Source: Candidatus Latescibacterota bacterium (GTDB lineage: Bacteria; Latescibacterota; UBA2968). From it: 64,000 nt of DNA. The stretch covers positions 1,056,001 through 1,120,000 of the forward strand of contig OZ240241.1 of assembly GCA_965198115.1 (NCBI GenBank), written 5' to 3'. The number at the start of each line of letters is the position of its first letter. Position 1 is the stretch's first letter. Below the pieces are notes generated by a model. It was given only the letters and a program-made list of their open reading frames with translations, was not told the origin of the DNA and searched no databases. Positions 12,146-21,754 of this stretch are shown in pieces. The position numbers and the translations under genes were made by a program.

Positions 12146-13565
12146 GGCTATATCCGGATCTCTCAACGAGCTGAAGTGGGTGAAGGTGCCGTGGTTCCTG
12201 GCATGGGGGCGCGGTTAGAGTGTGCGGAACCTCTTCGGAATCTGCTCAGGGATGTTTATGTCTCCGACGGTAAGGAAGATCATATCGTTGAATGCGTCGA
12301 GTGTGCGGAATCCGCTGGCTCGGTTCTTGACGATTTGGACGATTCGGTTGAGGCCTTCGGCGATGGCGTTGGTAAGACGCGTGTTCACGAATGCGAGGAC
12401 GCCGAAGAAGTGCTGTCGCAGGGTCCTGACGAACTTTCGCAGGGGTTCAAGTCGACTTCTGAGTGCGGACGTCGTCCAGCATTTCAGGAAGCGTTCGGCA
12501 GCCCAGGGCGCTTTGTATTCCCAGAACTGCTCGAACTCGTCCTTGAGTCTCCAGGCTCTATAGATTCGGTAGTTCGCCTTCTCCAGTGCTTTGAGTGTCC
12601 GGGTATCCCCTCCGGAGCGTGTCGCTGAGTGCCGGTAGAGGAGCCATCGGAGGCCCTTCATGGCTTTGCGCTCATCCGGGGCAGCTTTACGCCACTGGTC
12701 CTTACGGACCTCGTCAACGGCGGCATTGAGAGCCTTGACGATGTGAAAGCGATCGAGGACCAGCTTGGCATTCGGACAGTGTTCCTGGATGGCTCCGATG
12801 TAAGCTTCGCTCATGTCGCAGCAGGCCCACTCGATCTTGGATCTCCGGTAGGGACTGAGAGCCTCTGTGAAGAACCGATCGATCGTTTTACGCGCCCTGC
12901 CGCGGCCAACCCACACCACGCAGGAGCGGTCCAGATCGTAAACGAGCGTGGCGTACCTGTGACGCTTGGCGTAGGAGATCTCGTCGATCCCGATGGTTTT
13001 GAGCCCTCGGATACGATGACCTTCACGAAGCCGCGTGATGGATCGGTGAAGGAGATCCGACAGCGTCGAGGCAGAGATGCGCAGTAACTCGGACGCCGCC
13101 TTCTGCGTCATGGTCTGGCAGTAGCGCAGCATGGCATACTCGAAGCGATACGTCACCCGAGAGAACCGCTCCGCCCACGGAATCTCCTCGACCACACGAC
13201 CGTGGGTAGGACACCGAATCTCCCGAGGATGGTAGAGAAGCCAGACCCTCCACCCGCACACCGGAATGTCACGCCACCGACGCGGATGGGGCATTGTGCG
13301 GACGATTTTACCTCGACGGCCGCACTCCGGACAACAACAACCATTCTTATGTGGCTTTACGGCGATGACGAAGCAGCTTCTCCCCTCAAACCACCAGCTG
13401 ACAACACGGAACCCCTTGAATCTCAGCAGTTTCGATAGTAATCTGCTCCCGGTCATAGGTCGCACCCCCTTCGCTTTGATTGTCCTACACACACAACCAA
13501 GCGTAGGGAACGATCTATGACCTTGTCATTCTATAGTTTCACCGTTGAGAAACCCGGATAGAGCC
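12146..13565 (-). mobile_element. ISL3-family IS, copy 2 (1420 bp)
   Basis: Near-identical to copy 1 (about 4 substitutions seen); same IRs; own 8-bp TSD TTTTTTAT (12138-12145, 13566-13573). Confidence 0.95.
12215..13456 (-). CDS. ISL3-family transposase
   Basis: Same protein as copy 1 apart from one R/G change. Confidence 0.95.
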   Translation of the reverse strand: MTGSRLLSKLLRFKGFRVVSWWFEGRSCFVIAVKPHKNGCCCPECGRRGKIVRTMPHPRRWRDIPVCGWRVWLLYHPREIRCPTHGRVVEEIPWAERFSRVTYRFEYAMLRYCQTMTQKAASELLRISASTLSDLLHRSITRLREGHRIRGLKTIGIDEISYAKRHRYATLVYDLDRSCVVWVGRGRARKTIDRFFTEALSPYRRSKIEWACCDMSEAYIGAIQEHCPNAKLVLDRFHIVKALNAAVDEVRKDQWRKAAPDERKAMKGLRWLLYRHSATRSGGDTRTLKALEKANYRIYRAWRLKDEFEQFWEYKAPWAAERFLKCWTTSALRSRLEPLRKFVRTLRQHFFGVLAFVNTRLTNAIAEGLNRIVQIVKNRASGFRTLDAFNDMIFLTVGDINIPEQIPKRFRTL

Positions 13566-13695
13566 TTTTTTATGCAAGGTAGGATCAGGTCCGTGCCCGA
13601 ATGGAAAAGACTCTTCAATATTCGTGGGGGAGCAGGAACGGATAGGATCGCCACTGTTCATTCTGACACAATAAGTTGTACGGATTGGATACGGG

Positions 13696-13710
13696 TGGCA
13701 CTCCACTTGC
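13696..13710 (+). promoter_or_regulatory. sigma54 -24/-12 promoter (original promoter of the 15094 gene)
   Basis: TGGCAC-TCCAC-TTGC is a perfect consensus match, 14 nt before the ATG duplicated in the IS256 TSD. Confidence 0.7.
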
Positions 13711-13727
13711 CAGACCATCCGGCCATG

Positions 13728-15088
13728 GGTCAAGTCCCATAGTCAGTTGAAAACTCATCGGGCCCCGTAGTTTGGTCAGGCTCTCTTTTGAGCATTCTGT
13801 TCGTTGTCGAGATTCAGATCTTTGTTCAGTGCTTGCCTGAGTAGGGGAAGATGTTTGTATCCGCTCACGCGTCGCAGGCGAGGTTCGATGTCGAGGAGTG
13901 CGGCAGCCACCCATCTGTGTCTCTGGGGAGAGTTGTTCCAGCGTCTGACCTTCCGAGTGAGCTCGCCGGTCCTGCTGTTGAGGGCTTCGATGCAGTTGGT
14001 GGTTCGGAAGCTTCGTTTCAGGAATGGGAGCATACCCAGCCGGTGGAGGGTCAGGGTTTCCTCCAGGCCTTCCTCGAGGCTCGTTACGGCAGACTGATTC
14101 ATCAGCTTCAGTTCGGGTTTAAGTGATTCGAGTGCGGCCTTTGCCTCCTCGTAGGTGTCGCAGTCATAGGCTTTCTGGAGCTTCCGTCGAACTCTTGGAC
14201 GTTCCCTCTCCGGGAGATAGCTGACGACATTCTCGCGCTTGTGCCACTGACAGCGATGAACGCGCACATACCCTTTGAGGGCTTTGGTGACAGCACTGCG
14301 GAGTCCCTTTGAGCCGTCAAGCACAACGAGAAGGCCCTGGTCGTAGCACAGGCCTCTCCGGATGAGGTCCTGGATCAGCTGGCGGCAGATCCGTTCGTTC
14401 TCCGTCGCCGATTCGACGAAGCCCAGGGGGATCTTCTGGCCGTCCATCGTGACCCCCGGAGCGATCACGATCTCTTCGTCGGCAAAGCTCTTTCCGTCAA
14501 TGAACAGGGTCACGAAGCCGTAGTCGTCGAGGGGACGCTCCTGGAACTGCTTCAGCTTCTTCGCGGTGGCTTTGATGAACCGCCGCGAGACGGAGGACGC
14601 TGAGATACCAAACGCTTCTGGAACCGATTCGGCACAGGCCTTGTAGTTGCGGCACGAGATCCCCTTGAGAACACGAAGCAACAGCCCCTCGTCCGTCTTC
14701 TTGGGCGTCTGTAGAGCCCGGTATGCAGCCAGGGAAACCTCTGCGTCGGCCTCGACGTCGCGCACCCGGGGAACGTCTAACGGGAGCTTCTGGCTTCCCC
14801 ACCGACGATGCGCCTGCTCCGAACCTTTGCGCGCATACCGAACGCCTGCGAGCTGCTCGACCTCCTGCTGGAGGAGGTCTGCCACTGCCTCCAGACCCAA
14901 CGGGATCAACGCCTGGATCACCGACAAACGCGTCTCCAAATCGATGACATCGCCCTCAACCTTGACTTCACCATCGCCTGCAAATAGCTTCTCCATCTGG
15001 GCTCCTTTCTTACGGGTATACGCTCCTACACGTCTACCCAACGTAAGTTTGGAGCCCTCTAAGTTTCAACTACGATAGGCACAACACC
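13728..15088 (-). mobile_element. IS256-family IS
   Basis: Imperfect IRs GGT...AGTTGAAA; 8-bp TSD CGGCCATG (13720-13727, 15089-15096). Confidence 0.85.
13776..14996 (-). CDS. IS256-family (mutator) transposase
   Basis: LFIDG, VVLDGSKGL, HRCQWHKRENV, RTTNCIEALN. Confidence 0.92.
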   Translation of the reverse strand: MEKLFAGDGEVKVEGDVIDLETRLSVIQALIPLGLEAVADLLQQEVEQLAGVRYARKGSEQAHRRWGSQKLPLDVPRVRDVEADAEVSLAAYRALQTPKKTDEGLLLRVLKGISCRNYKACAESVPEAFGISASSVSRRFIKATAKKLKQFQERPLDDYGFVTLFIDGKSFADEEIVIAPGVTMDGQKIPLGFVESATENERICRQLIQDLIRRGLCYDQGLLVVLDGSKGLRSAVTKALKGYVRVHRCQWHKRENVVSYLPERERPRVRRKLQKAYDCDTYEEAKAALESLKPELKLMNQSAVTSLEEGLEETLTLHRLGMLPFLKRSFRTTNCIEALNSRTGELTRKVRRWNNSPQRHRWVAAALLDIEPRLRRVSGYKHLPLLRQALNKDLNLDNEQNAQKRA

Positions 15089-15093
15089 CGGCC

Positions 15094-17211
15094 ATGAACG
15101 GATTCCTGACCTGCGCTCTGTTCGTGGCGACGAGCCTGCATACGCCGCTTCTGGGACAGCTGATCCACGTCCCGGAGCGTGTCGAATTCGGCCCCACCCG
15201 CGTGGGCTCGACGGCCGGCGATACCCTGCGCTTCATCAACAACAGTGCACACTCCCACCTGATCGATCGTGTCGATTTACCTGAGCCCGCCTTTTCTGCC
15301 ACACCCGTCGGCGTCACGACTGCCTCGATTCAGCTCGAGACCGGAGATACGCTCCGCCTCGCCATCATTTTCGCGCCCACTGCGGTCGTGTCCTATGCGA
15401 ACGTCCTCCACCTCGACGGGACCGATGGTTCGCGCGTCACCGTCCCTCTGCTGGGGGAAGGTGTGGCATCTGTGCTGGTGATCGATGAGGTTCTGGCCGA
15501 TCCGCCCACCGGGTTGGAGGGAGATAGCAACGGTGATGGCGTACGCCACAGTTCTGAGGACGAGTTTGTGGAGATCCTGAACATCAGCACGAGACCCGCG
15601 GATCTTACGGAGCTGGTACTGACCGATTTGGGTACCGAAAGCGGAGCGTTTCGATTCCCCGACGGTACCGTGCTTCCGCCGGGGGAACGCGCCGTCCTTT
15701 TCGGTGGGGGGCAGCCGATGGGACTTCCGGGCACCGTATTCGTCGACGATGGCAAGATCGGGAAAGGCTTGACCAATTCGGGGGATGGCGTCGTGCTTTT
15801 GCACGGAGTAGGAGGGGATACCCTCGACGCCATGACCTACGGCAGTGAAGGGGGCCGCGACCAGTCCCTCGTTCGTGAACCGCAAGGAACCGGCGCGTGG
15901 GTGAAACATTCGGATCCGCCAGGCCAGGGCCGCTTTTCACCCGGCACGGCACGGCCTTCGATGATCGGCGCGCACTTCAGCCAGGATAACATCACGATTG
16001 CCCCGGGAGAATCGTCGGTGCTCGATCCGGTCGGGTTTTTTGCCGACGGGGGCGTCGTCAACCTGGCAGGGCTCGTGAGCTACGTGAGTTCACCGACGGG
16101 CATCGTGGAGATGCACGGTGACACGGCGGTCGCGATTGCTGCCGGGCATGCCGACCTGACGGGGTCCCTTGCCGGGTTCGAATGGCGAGCGATCGTGAAC
16201 GTTACATCGGGTCCAATCGATGGCCTCAGGCTCCTACCCGCCGACACCCTCGTCGTGCTCGGGCAGTCCGTTCGATACACTGCGCTGGGCGTTGTCGAGG
16301 ACGATTTGACCCCGATTGGCGGAGTCCTTTTATCCGCCGATCCCGATTCGGTCGCAGTCGTCGTAGGCGACTCCGTACGGATGATCGGTGCGGGCTCGGG
16401 AACCGTTGTCGCCCAGTGGGAAGACTTCGTGACCGAAGCGACGATTCGATCGGCCTCCGCAGGCGACCTCGATGGCGATGGCCGATTCACGCTCACGGAC
16501 ATTGTTCGGATCATCGACCTGATCCTGACCATCGGTCAGAGCCCAACGCCATTCGAGTCAGCATCGGCCGACCTCACCCACGACGGTTCGATCGACCTGC
16601 TCGATCTGACGGCGGTTGTCGTCAAAATGCTGGGAGGACCGGTACGCTCGACGAAACCCGGTCTCCCACAGTGGCGGGCAGTGAGAAAGGGGAGAACGCT
16701 GGAAATAGCCGAAGAACTTTCCGGACTCATCGTTGCGTCGAGGGATCTTTCGAGTTTCACGGCGAACTGGGGAGGCACCATCAGCCGGCGCACGGCCGCA
16801 GATGGTCGTACGATCGTCGTGCTGATCGCCCAGCAAAAGATCGATGGCGTGAAGATCGAGGTCGGCTACGGCACCATCGACAGGGCCATTGGCTTCGACC
16901 GACAAGGTCAGCCCCGACGAATCCAGATCGGAGAGAACAGAAACCGACTTGTATGCTATCCGAATCCGTTCAAGTCTTCGACGGTCCTGGAGTTCCGACT
17001 TGGTATGAGGGGATACGTCGATGTGAGTGTCTTCTCGGCGATCGGCCAGCGTGTCGCTCACCTACGCAGCGCCGTCTTCGACGAGGGTCGGCATCGACTC
17101 GTGTGGGAAGGGCTCGATCGATCGGGACGGAGGCTGGCAAGCGGCGTTTACGTCATCACCCTCACAGCGGCGGAGAGACGCGATGTGGCGAAGATGGTTC
17201 TGCTTCAGTAG
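15094..17211 (+). CDS. Secreted protein: ASH/Ig-like + lamin tail domain + Big_2-like + dockerin + FlgD/T9SS-like CTD
   Basis: Signal peptide; IDEVLADPP...GDSNGDG...DEFVEILN; duplicated GDLDGDGRFTLTDIV / ADLTHDGSIDLLDL; YPNPF...GQRV...WEG...LASGVY...KMVLLQ. Confidence 0.75.
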   Translation: MNGFLTCALFVATSLHTPLLGQLIHVPERVEFGPTRVGSTAGDTLRFINNSAHSHLIDRVDLPEPAFSATPVGVTTASIQLETGDTLRLAIIFAPTAVVSYANVLHLDGTDGSRVTVPLLGEGVASVLVIDEVLADPPTGLEGDSNGDGVRHSSEDEFVEILNISTRPADLTELVLTDLGTESGAFRFPDGTVLPPGERAVLFGGGQPMGLPGTVFVDDGKIGKGLTNSGDGVVLLHGVGGDTLDAMTYGSEGGRDQSLVREPQGTGAWVKHSDPPGQGRFSPGTARPSMIGAHFSQDNITIAPGESSVLDPVGFFADGGVVNLAGLVSYVSSPTGIVEMHGDTAVAIAAGHADLTGSLAGFEWRAIVNVTSGPIDGLRLLPADTLVVLGQSVRYTALGVVEDDLTPIGGVLLSADPDSVAVVVGDSVRMIGAGSGTVVAQWEDFVTEATIRSASAGDLDGDGRFTLTDIVRIIDLILTIGQSPTPFESASADLTHDGSIDLLDLTAVVVKMLGGPVRSTKPGLPQWRAVRKGRTLEIAEELSGLIVASRDLSSFTANWGGTISRRTAADGRTIVVLIAQQKIDGVKIEVGYGTIDRAIGFDRQGQPRRIQIGENRNRLVCYPNPFKSSTVLEFRLGMRGYVDVSVFSAIGQRVAHLRSAVFDEGRHRLVWEGLDRSGRRLASGVYVITLTAAERRDVAKMVLLQ

Positions 17212-20123
17212 CTGGCTGGTCGTCCGTCTGTTGACGGCCGAGAGCCGTGCATCTGCCGAAGCGCTTGGGATGACCGCTACCGTCGCAGACGGCGATCCGG
17301 GCGACCTCGTGTCGGTGGATTTGGCCCTTTCTGCGTCCGAACCCTTGTCCGCTCTTCGAATGGACTTGCTCGTACCCGACGTGTTGATGTCCGATCCGGA
17401 AGCTGCCGTAGTCATAGGGGAAGCACCCTTCGTTTCATTCTTCAGAGCCGCCGCAGACACGCTCCGCGTCGTTGCCGTCGACTCGACAGGTTTGTCGGCA
17501 TCCAATGAGCTGAGGGTCCACATCGATTTGAGGGCCGGGTCCGATGTCGGCTCGGGTCTGGTCCGAATCATCGAATCCGAGGCCGTCACAGTCTCTGACC
17601 GGTCAGTCATCCGTGGGGTGCCCGTCGAGCTTCCGGTCGTGATCAGCTCCAACGTCCTGGCGATAGGAAATGGAGCAGGTTTGCAGGGCGAGACGGTGTC
17701 GGTCACTGTCTCACTGTCGACGGAAGCGCCCCTTGCCGGAATCCAGATAAGTTGGGGCAGCGACGATCTTCACGTTCACGGGGCGGGTCCAGTGAATCGT
17801 GCCACACACCTTCCTCTCTACCTGTCGGATGGTCGGATTCTCCTATTGACGGATCCAACCGGTCAGACCTCCCTGCCGGCTGGGTCAACGGACGTGCTCG
17901 CTCTGGAGGTCGGGATTCCCCGAAACCAGCCTACTGGACCCTACATCCTCCGGCCTACTGAGGTCGTGGCGACGGGGCTCGATGGGAGTCGTGTGATGAT
18001 TCGGGCAATTCCGGGCTCGTTCGACGTTCACAGGCGCCCGAACGAACCCCCCGCCCTCACACTCCCGGACACGCTTCATTTTATGGAGGACGAGGAGACA
18101 CGCTGGACGATTCCGGGCCAGGACCCGGACGGCGACCCGCTCGACTACCACCTCGAGGATAGTCCTGGGTGGCTACGGATATCGGGAAACGTCCTGCTGG
18201 GCAGCGCGGAGGATGTCGATGTGGGCCCACATCGTGTCGTGATTCGTGTGTCCGATGGGCTGGTCGAGGTCGCGGACACGCTGACGCTGTCCGTCGCCAA
18301 CGTGGCCCCCCGAATTCCGACGCAGGAACAAACGGTTCGCGTGGGAAAGCCGCTCGTGTTCGAGGTCACGATCCACAACCTGGACGGAGGTGACATCGCG
18401 TTCGATGGCCAGAATGGAATGAGTTTCGAAGGGAAGACGGTTCGATGGACGCCTGGGGCGATCGGTAGGTTTCTGCTCCGTGTAACCGCCGTCGATCCGC
18501 ACGGGATGATTGGGATGGGAGACGTGTGGGTTCGGGTGGAACCGCGGCCGGCAGTGAAGATCGCAGAAGTCCTGGCCGACCCGCCGGAGGGGGCGAGCGG
18601 GGACACCAACGGGGATGGGATCAGGGAAACCAACGGCGATGAGTATGTGGAAATTGTAAACGAGGGAAGGACTCCCGTGACGATCGGAGGATGGGTGCTG
18701 GCAGACGACGACACACGGCTGGACGCGTCATTCCGATTTCCGGGTGGAACGGTACTCATCCCCGGTGAAAGAGTCGTGGTCTACGGTCGCCCCCCGGGCC
18801 CGAGTGTCCCTCACCTCGCGTTCGGGGACGATGGCAAGATCGGCAATGGTCTGGCAAACCGGTCGGAGAAGGTGCTTCTCCTGGATCCTATCTACGATGA
18901 CACCGTTGATGTCTTCGCATACACGCTCGATAAGAGCCCCAAGGCGTCCCTCGTTCGCACGTCCAGAGGAATCGAGAGGCACGACGCGTTCCCGGGCTAC
19001 GAAAAGATGTCTCCGGGCGAACCCCGAGCGGTCGCTGCCGCCCTTGACCTGATTGTGCCCGGGCAACTGACTCTGGGAGATCGCGATACGGCAGTTGCCC
19101 GCGTCGTTTACAGCGATGGACACGTCACATCGATCGAGGAAGAGGTGAGTTGGATCGCGGGTGGCCCCGGCCTGCACCTGGGGCCTGAAGGATTGCTCAG
19201 GGCCCTCCGGCCCGGCACTTTCAGGATTTTTGCTCTCTGGCATGGCTATGTGGCCACGGCCGATGTGTCTGTCGTCGGTCCGCCTCCTCTTCCACCCATG
19301 CATCTTGAGTCGGACCCACCGGAGGAGGCGAGAGTTGGCGCGTGGTTCCGATATACACCGAGAATTAGCGACGACGAAGGTGCCGAAATTCGCTTCACGG
19401 TCGAGGGTCGAGACGTTCAGCGTGAGGGTGGAACCTTCTGGTGGCGGCCGAAAGAGCCCGGGCCCGTGACGATGAGGCTTCGGGCGATCAGGGAGGACGG
19501 AGATACACTGACGCACACGACGCAACGTGTCGTCGAGCCCCGCCCGGACCTGATTCTGAGTGAAATTCTTGCGGATCCCCTTCCCGGAAGTGCAGGGGAC
19601 GCGAACAGAGACGGCGTTCGCGAGAGCCTGGGCGACGAGTTCTTGGAGATCGTGAACCGCTCGAGTTTTCCAGTCAGCCTGGAAGGCTGGGTACTCAAAG
19701 ACGACGACGTTGCCCTGACAGAGACTCCACCGCTGCCGGCCCGATTCCTCGACCCAGGTGACTTTCTGATTCTATTCGTGAGCGACCGCCCGAGTGGCCG
19801 CCTGGGAAACGGCCTCAGCAACGCGGGAGATCGTCTACTACTGATCGACACGACCTTCGGTGATACGTTGATCGACGTCACCTATCGCGTAGTCGGTGAC
19901 CTCAATCGCTCGGTCGTGCCGTCCGTAAACGGCTGGGTTCCGCACGAAGGTCCTCCCTTCTCCCCGGGTTGGATCGAGACTCCTGAAGAGACGGATGCGG
20001 CATCGGAAGAGCACGAGAGTGAGGGATTGGCATCCTTGCCAGATAGAGGTGCTCTACGTGTCGAGGAAGTGCTGTCGGACCCACCGGCTGGACCGATGGG
20101 GGATGCGAACCGCGATGGCATTA

Positions 20124-21754
20124 GCCTGAATCATGCATGAATTTGAGTTTAGGTTGTTTTGGAGTGATGTGATCACGCACAGGATTTGTTCTCGGCTTCT
20201 TCGGATGTCCAAGGTCCCGTAAGCGGTCTCTACGAGTCGCAAGAGTCACGATTTTCGTCCGGAACAGGTGTTGTTTTGCGACGTGTACATAGCTGTCCCC
20301 GGTATAGATCGGCGTTGTTACTGCGTGTTCGTTTCGAGCCTGGTGATGATTGACACCAAGACGTTTTTGAGTGGATACGATGTTGGAAAATGGAATCGGA
20401 TTCTTCGTGCGCTTTCAATGACTCTCGCGCCGATTTTGAGGAAACGGTTCTGTATCGTGTTGACCTGAGGTTTGGTCCACGCGGTGCCCTTGAGTCCCTG
20501 TGATCGGAGTGCGTGAAGCAAGGCGTATGCAGCACTGTGTAGAAAGAGTCGGAACTGGTTGGCTTCAAACTTGTGGCACGATGTTCGATCGGAGTGAAGG
20601 AATGTTTTGTGGTCCTTGATGAAGCCTTCCGTGCGTCCCCTTGCGCAGTAGATACGATCATAGATAAAGCCGTCTCGATTACTCTGTAAATTGGTCACGC
20701 GGTATCTTGGATTTGCTTCGCCGTTTGTGACTTCAGCCTTGTGAATGATCCGGCGAGGCTGCCGGTAGGTGCCAGCCTGATATGAGAAGGATGAGAACAA
20801 GCGAATCGTCTCCTTATGCTCGCTCAGACGTAGCGCTTGGTCCATCAGGTTTTGTCCAGCCGCTTTGAGCTTGGAGTTGGCGCCCTGGCCCAGAACGTAG
20901 TAGATACCGTTGTCTTCGCAGAAATCGTGCATCTCTGGTGAGCTGAACTTTGAGTCTGCGCGAACGATGATCTCCACGTTTGGCCAAGATCCGCGTAGGT
21001 GTTCCACCAAGCGCTTGAGAATAGAAACGACCTGTTTACCGTTCGTCGGATGCCCGGGTCTCAAGATCGTCGTAATGAGCTTGCCGCTTTGGCCTTCATA
21101 GATATGTAGCGGCATATAGCAGTGTTCATTGTAATACGCGTTGAAGAGTGAAAATTGTTGCGCACCGTGCGTTGGGTCATCCGTGTCGTCGATATCGAGA
21201 ATGATGCTTGGGGGTGCCTGGTCATACGATGCGATGAACCCGTCTACAAAAGCCCGTGCGAGCCGATACAAATCCGAGCGTCGCACATCATTCTCAAGTC
21301 GTGTCATCGTTGATTGGCTCCCGAGATCAGGACCGGAAAGAGGAAGCCGATCGCAGGCAGCCTTGACGCCCGGATCGTGGCGCAAATCATCACAATCGAT
21401 GGCATCTTCATAGCCGCAAGCGATCTGAAAAACACGCTGCTTCACAAGATCCAAAAGCGTGTGATCGATATAGCTTGGGTGACGACGATCTCGCAAAGCA
21501 TCTACCATTCTGGCGATCAATCCCATCTGAGACTCAAGGGCGCGAAGCAACAGAACTCCACCGTCACTCCTGACGGCGCCACCGGCAAAATCAGCCTCAA
21601 CTACCTTGCCCGAAATGCTTGCGAATGGTAACCGGATCTGACTAGGTTCTATCACGGTAGTTCCTTCCAAGTGTTGTTTTGATGTGTCAGCCCTAATGTA
21701 GGGAAAAACAAACACTTGTACAAGGAGACTACCTTTTTTATGCATAATTCAGGC
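20124..21754 (-). mobile_element. IS1380-family IS
   Basis: IRs GCCTGAATCATGCAT / GCCTGAATTATGCAT; lower GC; flanked by a TA duplication. Confidence 0.9.
20318..21655 (-). CDS. IS1380-family transposase
   Basis: SDGGVLLL, GYED..DCD.LRHDP, LDIDDTDDPTHGAQQ, VRADS, DRTSCHKFEANQFRL. Confidence 0.92.
   Translation of the reverse strand: MIEPSQIRLPFASISGKVVEADFAGGAVRSDGGVLLLRALESQMGLIARMVDALRDRRHPSYIDHTLLDLVKQRVFQIACGYEDAIDCDDLRHDPGVKAACDRLPLSGPDLGSQSTMTRLENDVRRSDLYRLARAFVDGFIASYDQAPPSIILDIDDTDDPTHGAQQFSLFNAYYNEHCYMPLHIYEGQSGKLITTILRPGHPTNGKQVVSILKRLVEHLRGSWPNVEIIVRADSKFSSPEMHDFCEDNGIYYVLGQGANSKLKAAGQNLMDQALRLSEHKETIRLFSSFSYQAGTYRQPRRIIHKAEVTNGEANPRYRVTNLQSNRDGFIYDRIYCARGRTEGFIKDHKTFLHSDRTSCHKFEANQFRLFLHSAAYALLHALRSQGLKGTAWTKPQVNTIQNRFLKIGARVIESARRIRFHFPTSYPLKNVLVSIITRLETNTQ

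Noticed and set aside
9966-13565. Composite transposon of two direct ISL3 copies carrying the response regulator
   Set aside because: Each copy has its own TSD (AAGAAAAA vs TTTTTTAT), and the first splits a native gene end, so these are independent insertions
14770-14810. Possible short in-frame deletion in the IS256 transposase (RRWGSQ|KLPLDVPR)
   Set aside because: Based only on recalled homologs; cannot be confirmed without an alignment and has low significance
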